Assembly (NCBI RefSeq): GCF_000372725.1
Contig: NW_005201613.1
Location: forward strand, 154,290 to 218,289
Origin: Emiliania huxleyi CCMP1516
Lineage: Eukaryota
Direction of reading: 5' to 3'
Length of the DNA stretch: 64,000 nt
Position 1 is the stretch's first letter; every line of letters begins with the position of its first letter. Made by a program: the position numbers and the translations under genes. Shown in pieces: positions 11,592-24,427 of this stretch. A model generated the notes under the pieces. The model was not told where the DNA came from, did no database searches, and saw only the letters and a program-made list of their open reading frames with translations.

Positions 11592-12758
11592 ATGGCCTCC
11601 CACCGCATCGGCGCCCGCCTCGCGGGAGCTTCGCCAGAGCAACTCCTCGCCTTCATCGAGGAGCAGGCGCCCCTCTGGAGCGACGCCGCGCTGCGCGTGG
11701 CGGAGGAGCACGCCGCACGGCTCGTGGAGCAGCCCGAGTGGGTGCTCTCCGAGGTCCTCCTCTCGCCGGACCTCGCCCCGCACATCCTCGCCCAGCTGCC
11801 GACCACGGAGCACGCCGTCAAGGGGACGTGCCGCGCGTGGCGCCGCGGCTGGAAGGAGACGCTGACGAAGCGCGAGAGGCCGCGCCTGGTCGTGTTCGGC
11901 GGCCGCGACAATGGCGCTTTTGTCAACTCGCTGGAGCGGTACGACCCGTCAACGAATGAGTGGGAGGAGGAGGCGGTGGCGCCGCTGCTGACGGCACGAA
12001 GGTATGTCTGCACGGCGGCGCTCGATAACAAGCTGTACGCGGCGGGCGGCCAGGGTGGGGATGGCGTAGCTTCCAACTCGGTGGAGCGGTACGACCTGGC
12101 CACGAACGCGTGGGAGACGGTGGCGCCGATGGCGGCGGCGCGGCAGGAAATCGCCGTGGCGGTGCTCGACGACAAGCTGTACGCCGTGGGAGGATACAGC
12201 GACGATGACGGCTACCTCAGCTCGGTGGAGCGGTACGATCCGGCGCTGGATGCGTGGGAGGAGGTGGCGCCGATGGCAGAGGCGCGGATTAATCACGCCA
12301 TGGCGGCGCTCGACGGCAAACTCTACGCTATCGGCGGGTACGACGACGAAGAGAACGAGGCCCTCAGCTCAGTCGAGCGGTACGACCCCGTGACGAACGC
12401 GTGGGAGGCGGTTGTGCCGCTGGCGTCGGCGCGGATTAATCACGCCGTGGCGGTGCTCGATGGCAAGCTGTACGCTGTGGGAGGCTTCAACGACGACGAC
12501 GGCTACCTCAGCTCGGTGGAGCGGTACGACCCGGCGACAAACGCGTGGGAGGCGGTGGCGCCGATGGGGGAGGAACGGAGCAGGCCCGGAGTGGCGGCGC
12601 TCGACGGCAAGCTGTACGCTGTGGGCGGCTTCGCTATTGGCGGGTACAACGGTCACTTCCTCACCTCGCTCGAGCGGTACGATCCTGCGACGAACGCGTG
12701 GGAGGCGGCTGCGCCGTTGACGACGGCACGATCTTTTCATGGCATCACCGTGGCGTAG
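11592..12758 (+). CDS. Intronless F-box-like/Kelch-repeat protein
   Basis: Six Kelch repeats (LYAVGG...SSVERYDP.TNAWE.VAPM); N-terminal LLSPDLAPHILAQL...TCRAWR resembles an F-box. Confidence 0.9.
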   Translation: MASHRIGARLAGASPEQLLAFIEEQAPLWSDAALRVAEEHAARLVEQPEWVLSEVLLSPDLAPHILAQLPTTEHAVKGTCRAWRRGWKETLTKRERPRLVVFGGRDNGAFVNSLERYDPSTNEWEEEAVAPLLTARRYVCTAALDNKLYAAGGQGGDGVASNSVERYDLATNAWETVAPMAAARQEIAVAVLDDKLYAVGGYSDDDGYLSSVERYDPALDAWEEVAPMAEARINHAMAALDGKLYAIGGYDDEENEALSSVERYDPVTNAWEAVVPLASARINHAVAVLDGKLYAVGGFNDDDGYLSSVERYDPATNAWEAVAPMGEERSRPGVAALDGKLYAVGGFAIGGYNGHFLTSLERYDPATNAWEAAAPLTTARSFHGITVA

Positions 12759-12949
12759 GGTTGTCTGGAGGGTGGAGAGGCAAGTGTGGAAAGCTGTGTC
12801 GCACCGCAGCTCGCGGCGGCGGATGAGATCGCGACCGAGTCCGGCTCGCCACGGCGCCGGAGGACGCCGCCGTCGCCTAGACTCCCTTGCTTTACTACGT
12901 GCTTGTAGCCTGGCGTTTGTACCCCGTCCTGTGCCCCCGAGTTCATCCG

Positions 12950-13287
12950 AGCCGCCTGCGGCCGCCGGGTCCGCCGTGGAAGAGGTTGGAGACACGTCGT
13001 CGGACGAGAGCGGCGACCGCCCCATCATCCCGTGGATGTCGGCTGCGCACGCGAGGATCCGAGATGCGATCTCGGAGCTGCAGGAGCAGGAGCAGGACGA
13101 GTTCTCCCTCGATGACTTTTTCGTCAAAGTCTTTCCCAACCTGATGACGCATGCGACGCCGCAAAAGGAGCGGGCGACGGCAATGCACTTCCTGATGAAG
13201 GAGCTCAACCGGCTCGAGGACGACGACATCGAGGATGTCATGTTGCGCGATGGTGTCATCCATTTCGTCAAGCCACCTTCATCGTGA
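12950..13287 (+). CDS. Small acidic protein or fragment ending in a winged-helix-like tail (resembles MCM3 C-terminus)
   Basis: Coding-like frame ending ..ELNRLEDDDIEDVMLRDGVIHFV; start not resolved (ATG at 13036). Confidence 0.35.
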
Positions 13288-14650
13288 CCGTCGCCACCCT
13301 CGTCTCGCCTACGTCGCCGCCGTCGCCATCGTCGGTCTCGCTGCCGAGACGGTGCTGTTGCACCTGACTAAACTCTCCCACCCCCCTGGCTCCTATGCCG
13401 ACGTGTCCCGTGCTCCCCCGTCCGCCGATGTCTCTGCTGCCGCCCGGCGGAGCTCTGCAGCGGGCCCTCCTCGCCGCCTTCGCTGCCGCTGCATCGCTGT
13501 CGGCTCGTCACGTCTGTCTAGGGTCATTGGGGGTGTGCCATCGCTGTTCTCTCTCTCCCGGGGGGGTCAGCTCCAACCTGCCGTGTCGGGACGTCGCCCC
13601 CTCGCGCTCGGCTCCCCCCCCCCCCCTCCGCTCCTCCGCTGAACGTTACTGCACATACATGCTGCGCGTTCTCCTTCTCGTCGCCTTGTCCCAGGAGCCA
13701 GGTGTGTGTGTCTAGAGCCGTAACGTCGGCTAATCCGATTACTAATCGTAGAGCCGTAGTGGCGGCCCTGGGCCCCCTCTTGTTTTCTGTTTTTCAACAC
13801 GCCCGCCCGCCCGCCACCCCGAAGCGGCTCGGCCCCCCACAGATCCAGAGAGATCAAAAACGCTCGGCCCAATAAAGTCCAATCATGCGCACATGCTGTC
13901 GACGACGAAAGTGCCGCCACGCGTGGCAGCGAACGTGGCGCCGCCGCAGTGGTCACAACCACGCGACGGCCTAGGCTACGCCCCTCCCGCCCCGTGTCCG
14001 CGTGCTCTCTTCTCTTGCGTGCTCTCTTCTCTTGCGGGGCGGAGTCGCGCGATGGCGAGCAGGGCGACGCTTGGTGTTGGATCTCATGTGTCAGTGTCGG
14101 CCGTGTGGCAGGGCGCGCGCGGTTTGGGGGGCCTCCTGCCCGTCAGCTCGTGCTCGCCCGGAGGATCCGACTCACCCGCGACGACCAACTCCGGCGGCTC
14201 CGCCGCGTGAGGAACGCGCCGAGGCCCGTCACCACGTGTCGCGCGCTCGAGCCTTGCAGACTGGGCTCTCAGCGCGATCAGCGCGACGTGCTGCAAGCAA
14301 AAGTAAGCAAGGCCGGGTCCTGCACGCGCGGCGACGGGGCCGTGCAGGAGGCGGCAGCGAGAGGGAGGGGAGAGGGAGGGGGAGAGGGGTGGGGGGGGGG
14401 GGGGGGCGGAGGCGGGCAGCACCTCAGCCTGGTCTTGTCGGCTCCTCGGTGCCGCCTCGGCCTCAGACTCGCGCCGTCGCCACCGACGAAAGTGCGCTGC
14501 GTCGTTGCGCACTCGCCCCCTCGACCCCGAAGTGGCGCGCCCAGGGGCCAACCCGTCGACCTTGCGGCCGAGCCGGACGGAGGGGTCGCCGGACCCCGCC
14601 GCGCCGCCCGCTGCACCGGCGCCGGCGCCGCCGAAGGAGGGCCGCGCCGC

Positions 14651-17214
14651 TCACCGAATCGACATCGAGTTGAGGATCGACTCCTTCGCGGCGGCGCGCT
14701 CCTTCTTGGACGCCTCGCCGCCCGAGAGGATCTTCCAGAAGCGGAGCGTCTCGTCGGCCGCGGCGGTGACGACGGTGGTGCCGTCGGGCGACTGCGCCAT
14801 GTGGAGCACGCGCGAGGTGTGCCCCGTCAGCTCGGCCACCTTGACCATCGACGGGTACTTCCACAGGATGAGCTGGTTGTGCGAGTAGCCGTGCGACGAG
14901 ACGAGCTCGCGGTCGTGCTTCGCCCACTGCAGCGCGCAGACCTGGAGGGGGGGGAGGGGGAGGTCGGGAGGGGTCGGGAGGGGCGGCGGGGTTGCGAGCG
15001 TCTCGAGGAGAGGCGAGGCCGGCGGCGGCAACGGGTGTGGTGGTTGGTCGAGCTTGGCGCCTCCACCGCGGCGGCGGCCAATCTCGGCTGCATCTCTCGG
15101 CGGCATCTCCAGCCTGCGAGTGCGTGTCGACCGCGTTGAGGCACGCGCCGGTCGACGAGTTCCAGAAGCGAATCATCCGGTCGGCGGTGCCTCCGCCCGA
15201 GGCGAGCAGGTTCCGCTGCCACGGGCACCACGCGAGGGCCTTGACGGCGGCGCGGTGCTGGTCGAGTCGCAGCAGCGGCTGGTCGCACACTCCGTTGGCG
15301 GAGGAGGTGTACCGGTCGTCCCACACGTTGAGGATGTTGTCGTTGCCGCCCGAGGCGAGCTGCGTGCCCGAGGGGGACCACTTGAGCCCGCAGACCTCCT
15401 GCGCGTGGCCGCGCAGCGTGCCCACCTTGTGGTCCGCCACGCGAACCTGCAAGGGAGGGGCAAGGTCAGCCACTGCAAGGTCAGCCAATGCGGCGGCCTG
15501 CCGTGCCGCACAACGGCGCAGCCTCTCCTTCTCGGCCGCGCGTCTCGCCGCGATCTGGCTGGGTCGCCGCTGGGTCTCGGCTGGGGTCTCGGCCACCTCT
15601 GCTGAGAGGACGCACCCGCCCGTCTAGGAAGTGTCTAGGAAGTGTCTAGGAAGTGCCGAGGAGGTGTCTAGGAGGTGCCTAGGAAGTGTCTAGGAAGTGC
15701 CTAGGAAGTGTCTAGGAAGTGTCTAGGAAGTGTCTAGGAAGTGCCTAGGAAGTGTCTAGGAAGTGTCCTCACGTCGTGGTGCATCACCACCGAGTCTCGG
15801 CCGCCCGACGAGAGGAGGGGCCTATTCACAGCTGCAGGTGTGAAGAGACGCTGTTCACAGCTGCTCCATCTGCTTCTTGGCCCGACGAGACGAGGCGCCC
15901 GTTCCAAGAGAGCGACGAGACGCGCGCGCGGTGGCCCGACATGCTGCGCACTTGCTTGAGCTTCTCGACGTCCCAGATCTGGACCTTGTGGTCGGACGTG
16001 CCGACCGCCATGTAGGGCCCGTCCTGCACCCACGACAGCGACGTCACGTGCGAGTTGTCGCCGCTCGTCTGCATGAGCTGCTGGATGGAGCCGTCCGACG
16101 CGTTCCACAGGTAGATCGAGTCGCCGAGCGCGACGCCGAGGACGTTGCGCTCGTTCCAGTCGAGCAGGTTCAGGTAGTAGTCGTCGAGCAGCTGCAGGGA
16201 GGCGGGCGGGTGAGAGGGTAGCTGGCAGGGAGGCGGGCGGGTGAAGGGTAGCTGGCAGGGAGGCGGGCGGGTGAGAGGGCAGCTGGCAGGGAGGCGGCCG
16301 GGTGAGAGGGTAGCTGGCAGGGAGGCGGGCGGGTGAGAGGGCAGCTGGCAGGGAGGCGCATAGGAAAGGCGTCTTAATAGATGTNNNNNNNNNNNNNNNN
16401 NNNNNNNNNNNNNNNNNNNNNNNNNNNNNNNNNNNNNNNNNNNNNNNNNNNNNNNNNNNNNNNNNNNNNNNNNNNNNNNNNNNNNNNNNNNNNNNNNNNN
16501 NNNNNNNNNNNNNNNNNNNNNNNNNNNNNNNNNNNNNNNNNNNNNNNNNNNNNNNNNNNNNNNNNNNNNNNNNNNNNNNNNNNNNNNNNNNNNNNNNNNN
16601 NNNNNNNNNNNNNNNNNNNGTTCTGCAACGGAGACCCCCCCCCCCTTGAGGGGTCTCGTGCCTGCGTGTAGAGGACGCGCAGCGAGTTCTGGTGGTCGGC
16701 CGGCGCGGCGGGCGCCTTGTGCTTGAATGCGAGCACCTGCAGGCGGACAGGGATGTGTGGGGTGGGTACGGGGTGGGGTGGGGTGGGGGTGGGGAGGGCG
16801 GCGAGAGTGGGCGCCTTGTTGGTCGCACCGCCCGCAAAGAGGTTGGCAGCGAGCGCCTTCTTGTACTCCTCCTGAAGGGGGGGTAGGGGGTGAGGAGGGG
16901 CGAGGGAGAGGGAAGGGCGTGGATGTGCGTTTGAATGTAGGGAGCGGCGCAAGCGGCCGCGCCTTTGCAGGCGACGCGTTTACGGTGGCATTCTCCTCTT
17001 CGCGCGCGCGCGTGAGCTCAAAGTGGGAGACGTCCATGTCCATGGCTGAGCGCTGAGGAATGAAGCGGTCGCCGTGCGGCCGCGACACGGGCGTGCGGCC
17101 GCGCCTCGTCGCCTCCTCGCCTGGTGCGCTCGACGGCAGCCGAGCTGCCGCGCTGCGCTTTTGCGGGGTGCCCTGCATCGCGTTCATGCACTCTTCGAAC
17201 TGCGTGGCGTTCAT
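14651..17214 (-). CDS. CDC20: APC/C activator Cdc20/Fizzy (multi-exon; spans assembly gap)
   Basis: C-box [68 protein letters not shown]-terminal IR tail. Confidence 0.95.
15623..15766. repeat. Intronic 11-bp tandem repeat (CTAGGAAGTGT)n
   Basis: About 13 tandem copies inside a CDC20 intron. Confidence 0.9.
16193..16358. repeat. Intronic ~31-bp tandem repeat
   Basis: About 5 copies of GCAGGGAGGCGGGCGGGTGAGAGGGTAGCTG next to the gap. Confidence 0.85.
16385..16619. other. Assembly gap (N run)
   Basis: Run of N; probably hides the CDC20 exon carrying the ..ILDAP segment. Confidence 0.99.
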
Positions 17215-18974
17215 GTTTGTTTCGTGTAGTAATCCTGCGGCGGAGCAGCGGTGGCGAGGTGGCGTCGAGCGCGGGCGCCGGAGCGCGTTAGGGGTGCGTT
17301 GCGTTGGCGCGCGTGCGAGGGGCGCGCGGGCCGGCAATGGCGTGCGAAGCGCTCCGGGCAGGCCGTCCGTATTCGCTTTTGTTTCTTTTTCAGTGGACTA
17401 GTGGGGGACGCGGCGGACCCGCCTCTGTTGTTCGCGGGCAGTGAGAGACGCAGGATCTGCACGCCAAAGTGGGGCCACTCCGCATTTTCATTTTGGTTTT
17501 GGGTTGTCGGAGATCATCCATCAGCACTCATAAGTCAGTCAAAGCAGTCGTGGCGCGTGAGCAGAGTCGCTGCATGCAACGGCGCCGCCACACGCTCCGG
17601 ACGACCGACACACCGACACACCACGCACAATGGTAGGCCATCGCGCACGATCGGCCATCGCACCCACCGCAAACACCTCGCCGCACAGATGGGGGGAGGC
17701 ATAATCCCACACACACCGGAGCAGCGCAGACACCTTACACGTCAGCGCTCGCTCGATGTGGCCGGCGCTCTCCCCTCTCCTATCGCCTTTTCAACGGCGG
17801 CGTGCGGCCACGCGCCGCGCCGAGCCGGTCTCGGCGGGAGACCTCGGAGCCGCACGCGATGCGGGCATGCGCGATGGCTCCGTTGGCTCCGTGCCTAAGG
17901 CAGATAGATTAGGGTGTGAGCTGCGGCAGCCACCGTTTCTGTACCTCGATCACGTGCAGGCCGTCGGAGGCCGCGCTGGATGGCCCAGGGCCGGCGGCGG
18001 TGAAGGCGTCCGTCGATGAAGGGATGTCGTCGAGGGAGCCATCGTCCTACGCGGCTGGTGCACCGGTCCAGTTGTCGGAGTTCGAGATCGCCGTCGACTT
18101 GGAGAGTTCGGCCCGTTGACGAACTCACGGAATGTGAGCGACTTGGTGCACGCTGATAGTCGAGCATCATGGCTCGCACCTCATCCTGAGCGCAAGGAAC
18201 TCGCCCAGGGGCCAGCTGTTGGCGTCGCCGTTTTGATCGAGCTGCATCCACTGCATGGTTTCGTAGTCAAGCGTAAACGCCCAGGAGTTGGTGCCTGGGT
18301 GACTTGCTGATGAGAGCGCCTTCCAGGCGAGTAGTCGTGCCCCTCACCTAAGGTCATACGGCGGCGTCAGAGGGGGGGGAGGGGCGCGAAGCGTGAACAT
18401 GGAGGCAAGCAGGTGGTGGCTGCACCTGGCCAAAGCCGGCGACCAAAGTTGTCGTCGTAGGTTGTGCGGGTATCGCTGAGCGTGAGAGGGACTGGATCGG
18501 CAGCAGCGCGGGCGGCAGCGGCCGGAGAGGCCGGAGAGCCGTCCGACGGAGGCCGGTCGTGCATCGGCGCGTCGGCCGTAGGGGCCGGGGGGGCGGCGGC
18601 ATCCATCGCTGCGGGTCGCTGCGGGCCGACGATTGTGGACTGATCGATCGTGGCGGGCGGTGTTCAGCTGGGACGTTCTACGTTAAAAGAGCGTCGGCGC
18701 CGACACGAGAGACTTATAAGGGTAGAAGTTGCTGTCACTTGTAGTGAGCGTCGGGCTGGTGGTTCGACACCGAGTTTGAAAGATCTGTTTCTCTACGTCT
18801 CTCTTCACAGGAAAATCCTGTGAAGAAAAGCGGAGAAAAAACAGAAACCTTTTCTGCCTCGGCCTTAGCCGTCGGTACTCTGATATCCGAGCTCCTACCT
18901 ACCTTGCTGATACCGCGTAGGTGTCCAGTCCGAGCCTGGCTGTTCTTCACCTTCCTACCTAACCTAACCTAACC

Positions 18975-19345
18975 GAGACATTTGAGATTTTTAGAAGCCA
19001 ACAAGAAATCTGGCACCAACAGTGATTTGGGCTCGGCAGCTTGTCGACTACCAGCCGAAGCCGGAGTCGGAACCGTGGCCGAGATGGTCGTCGAGGGTGT
19101 GGAATATGTCATTCGCCTCGCTAGTGGAGTCGGTGCCGCATGAGCCGTGGTCGGAGTGGAGGAGTCGTCGGAGGAGCGGTCGGAGAACTCGCGCTTGTCG
19201 CGCCTGACTGATGCGCTCTGCGAGGGGCCCGGGGTCGTGGTCGTCGTGCTCGAGCGTCGGGAAGACAGCGCGCCGTGCGACCTTCTCGGCCGTGCTGCCG
19301 TCCCAGTATAAGGTGTACCAGTCGCCGCGAGGATAGAACCAAGGG
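18975..19345 (-). mobile_element. Truncated retroelement 3' end (family E) followed by (GGTTA)n
   Basis: GACAAGCTGCCGAGCCCAAATCACTGT..GATTTCTTGTTGG is shared with 19352-19487 and 54647-54808; (CCTAA)3 at about 18958-18972. Confidence 0.6.
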
Positions 19346-19351
19346 TTGACC

Positions 19352-21500
19352 ATGAAAACCAACAAGAAATCACGACTCTCACAGTGATTTGGGCTCGGCA
19401 GCTTGTCAGCCCTCAGCCGAAGCTGGGGCCGGTCCCGTAGCCGAGAGAGCCCGCGCCGATGAGTTCGACGCGGTCGGGGGGCCTTGCGGAGAACACTTCC
19501 CCGGTGCCCCGTTGTGACACGTCCGACCATGTCGCTATCCCCTGCTTGGCTAGGTTGCGTGCGAAGTCGCATGCGAGGTCTCTGTTATTCCAGCCGTGAC
19601 GCCTTGTCTCGAAGAGGAGCGGGCCCGACGCTCTCTTTCGCCTCTCTGTCGTTCTCCACGCCTCGGGTCTAAGCGGTCCCTTCTTGCTCTCTTCCCACCC
19701 CGCTGTCGTGACCGTCTCCACCCCACACCTCCATTTTGCCTTTAGATATGCTTCGATCATTAGTTCGTCCGAGAGCTCCCTTTCCCAGTCCCAGCTCGGC
19801 TTCCACTCCAGCGGGTTGTCACTTCGGCATCCCAGCCTCCTCAAAGTGTGCGCTAGGCTGCTCTCCACGGCCACCCTCGCTGGTTCCCCTTCCACCGCGC
19901 TGAGGGCCCGGTCCACTTGATCGATCAGCGCCGCCGCTGCGTACGTGTACGCGTGTTCCATTCCCATCCCTCCTCTCTCCTTCACATCGTATATTTGTAG
20001 TCGTGGGATTCCTACCGAGTACCCTTTTGCGTTTAGGGCGCTCGCCCTCACTTGTTCAATGCTCTGGCAGTCTTCCCATGTGATGACCGTGGACCGGCCG
20101 TAGTATTAGCCGATAATGCCGCTCAGTGCTAGCGCCATGTTGCGTCGGATCTGCTCTCCTGTCAAGTGCGGCAGGTTGCCTATGATCCAGATTACTCTCT
20201 TGCAGTCCGCTACGCACCGCTCCCTCATTTCCGTCTGGCCCTCGCCGTTTGCCCACCCGGTCCTTAGCTCCGTTCCGAGGTATTTGTATCTCTCGTCTCC
20301 CTTCAGCTGTGGTATCATTTCGGCACCCTCATTTCGTAGCCCTCGACATCCCGCTCTTCGTTGTTCTCCCAGTACGTCGCTGACCACGCCGATTTCTTCT
20401 TCTTTTTGACCTGGAGGCTGTTGCCACAGATCTTTGTCACTAAGCAGGCGCACTCTAGCGCTAGCTGCATCGTGGCTATGTCGTTGCTGAGGAACAGGCC
20501 GTCGTCGGCGTACACTAGCTGCGGCACGCTCTCACCCGCCGCTGTGAAATCAAATCCTCTACACAGCTTACTGACTGTTCGCTGCATCACGGCCAGCATG
20601 AGCTTGCTGCGTGCGGGCGAAAGGAGGCACCCTTGGCCGAGGCCTTGCTCGATGGGAAATCGGTCGCTCAGTCCATAGCCCGTCTCGTATCTACCTTGGA
20701 GGGAGGGTAGCTCCTCCCCAAGTCCTTCCCCTTTACCTGTGCGTCTCCCGGGACGCTCTTTCCGAATCGTGTCGGTCCTTCGAACACGCCGTACGCCACC
20801 CTAGGGTTCGGCACGTACTTTCCATCCTCCGCCATTTTGTCTTCATGGTCCTTTCCTCCGTCCGTCGCCGCAAAGTGTGTGAACTGGTGTGAGACGTGCA
20901 GCGCGAGACATGTCTGCGCTACTTTCACGTTCAGGGCTCGTCCCTTCCCCGACCGCAGCGGCTCGCTGTCTTTTCCCATCTTAATTCGCTTTCCTTTGCC
21001 GTCCGTCAGCTCTCCCCCCGCCTCAAATTCATCGTATCGGAGCAAGAAGCGCGTTAGGGGGTCCTCCTGTAGCTCCCCTACTCTGATCGCGCTCGCCCCG
21101 TATCCGTGCCCCACAAACAGCTCGTAGCCTTCTTTCTGCCAGTTTATGTGTCTCTGGGGCGCCCCCTCTGGGAACAACGTCTCATCCGCCCCGAGGCTCC
21201 CCTCCTGTCGCTCCCTCTCCTGTCTCTCCATCATCTTTCTCACCGCGTCCTTCGTGATCTTATTTTGCTTGGGTATCTCCTCCTCCCATGTCGCGTTCGT
21301 CTCGAGGCCCGGGGTCCCCTCTAGCTTTATCACTCGATTGTCCCCTTCCTCTCTCGACCCCAGGTGCGTGCCGCTGTCTTGCGCCGGTTTCTTCCCTCCG
21401 AGGTAGAGCGTCCTGGCCTTCCCCTCCAGCCTCCACTCGGATGTCCGTCCTGGTTCGCCCTTCTTCGAACGTGTGTTCTGTCATGTTGGGTCCGCTCGTA
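19352..21500 (-). mobile_element. Decayed non-LTR retrotransposon (RT plus RNase H-like fragment, frameshifts and stops)
   Basis: RT motifs EQGLGQGCLLSP, QLVYADDGLFL, YKYLG and downstream GGMG; RNase H-like FAATDGG..AYGVF at about 20790-20880; disrupted frames; family E end at 19352-19487. Confidence 0.85.
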
Positions 21501-21562
21501 CGTTGAATTCTGTATGTTCTTCTTCTAGTCTGTGCGAGAGATCTTTGTTGAATTCTTCTGGT

Positions 21563-21690
21563 GCACTTGGAGCACTTGGAGTGCGGTCATTAACCTCACG
21601 CCCAGGACCGGGGAGCTGAGAAGCGCACCCAGTTGGCCGGACGCTAAAAAAGAAAGAAAGAAAACAGACAACCCAAGGGAGGGATGGGAG
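21563..21690 (-). mobile_element. Stacked repeat family A (21563-21641) and family B (21650-21690) ends
   Basis: A as at 11444; B = AAAGAAAGAAAGAAAACAGACAACCCAAGGGAGGGATGGGAG, identical to 25988-26027. Confidence 0.75.
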
Positions 21691-21811
21691 CGCTCGGCAT
21701 CGGGTTGGGCTTGTAAAATTCTTCTCGTCGCAACCACTTTTCGCTCTCGGGCCGCGGAAGAGCCAGGCTGTCTCCAGTTGCAGCGGGAAGAGCAGACCGT
21801 CGCTGATATTG

Positions 21812-23141
<1,330 letters not shown>

Positions 23142-23358
23142 GTTGAATTTGATAGGACGGTTGTCCGAACTAAGAAGGGCGAAGGGGAGAAAATCTCTCT
23201 CCGAAGGGGCTGTGGGCCCGAGAGCGATATGCCATGTCTGGCCTTGCTTGTTTCCTAACATCGAAGGCTAGCTCAAAAGAAATTTGAAACGCTTGAGCCT
23301 CGTTTAATAAAACCGGCGCGCCACGACGCGACCGAGGGTATCAGAGGACGCGAAGCCG

Positions 23359-24095
23359 ATGCGCGTGCTACGAGGTGCACTCTTGCGCGCCGTATCTAGC
23401 AATGTCGTCGCCGTTCGTGCTCTCGCCTGCAAAGGCAGCGCCGTCCGTGCTCTCTCTGGCAAAGGCAGCGCCGTGTGGAACGAGGAGTGGAGGCGGCTCG
23501 GCCTCGGCGCAGTGCAGGAAGCGTCGGCACCTGCTCTCAATCGGCTCATGTTTGTCCAGACCGGCTTCGGCTGTGACCAGCACGGCGATCGCAAGGGCGC
23601 AGGCGCGACCTCTGCAGCAGTGCGGGCGTGCCGCAACGCGATAGAGTTCAACTCGATCCCGGGTATGGTCGATCACGTCCCGGGAGGGCGCAAAAACATG
23701 CTGATTCACGTCAAGTTGGGGATCCCGGAGGGCTATTCGGTTGACCACGACGAGATACGAGCAACTTTCCCGTATGGCAGACTGCTGCCCGTGGAAGTGA
23801 TCCACGGTGGTCTTACCTACGGTTGCGGCAGGTCGCGACGCACCCTCGTCAGGCCTAAACCGCGTCCATCTCAGGTTGTGCTCGTGCCTCGTAGGGTTGT
23901 CACCGAGTTGGGAGACGAAGACGACACGGCAATCGTTGTCGTGGCCGCCGTGTCGATCGGTGCGCGCGCTCGCTAGCCAACGGACACTTCACACAGGTGC
24001 GCGCGCGCCTCACCTCTCTCTGCGCGTCAGGTTACAACGACCCGAACGATGCGTCCGAGGGCCACAAAACATACGATACAAGGGACGGTCATTAG
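23359..24095 (+). CDS. Lin0512-family protein with organellar-transit-like N-terminus (3 exons)
   Basis: FVQTGFGCDQHG..TSAAVRACRNAI..NSIP, FPYG, GGL, IVVVAAVSIG; last exon ends TAG 24095. Confidence 0.8.
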
Positions 24096-24427
24096 GGACT
24101 TTGTCGGTCTGAGACACTGTAGAGTAAGGGCCTCGGTCTGCACACGGACGCACGGGGGCTGTCCTGCGGCTCCCCTCCGTCCACCATGCTCTTGAGAGCA
24201 TGTTGTTTTCTTTTTTCGCACGACACTGGGCACGGGACTCGAGAGTGAGTGAGTGAGTATTCTTGATATATACGAAACCACGGACGACACACACCACCTC
24301 ACCAGTCGACCTCGCATCGGTTGCCTCCATGAACGGCGGAGCTATTCTCGCGTCCACACCACACCTGGCTCCAACATGGACACGCCCATAGCTGGGGACA
24401 CTACTAGGTCACGCATGGCATCAGCAG

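Noticed and set aside
17895..18610. Small minus-strand gene upstream of CDC20
   Set aside because: Short low-complexity frames with no recognisable domain or consistent exon structure.
18761..18771. tRNA or tRNA-derived SINE (B-box GGTTCGACACC)
   Set aside because: No A-box or cloverleaf could be built around it.
18950..18975. Telomere ((CCTAA)n)
   Set aside because: Only about 3 internal pentamer units next to a retroelement end; treated as tail or target sequence.
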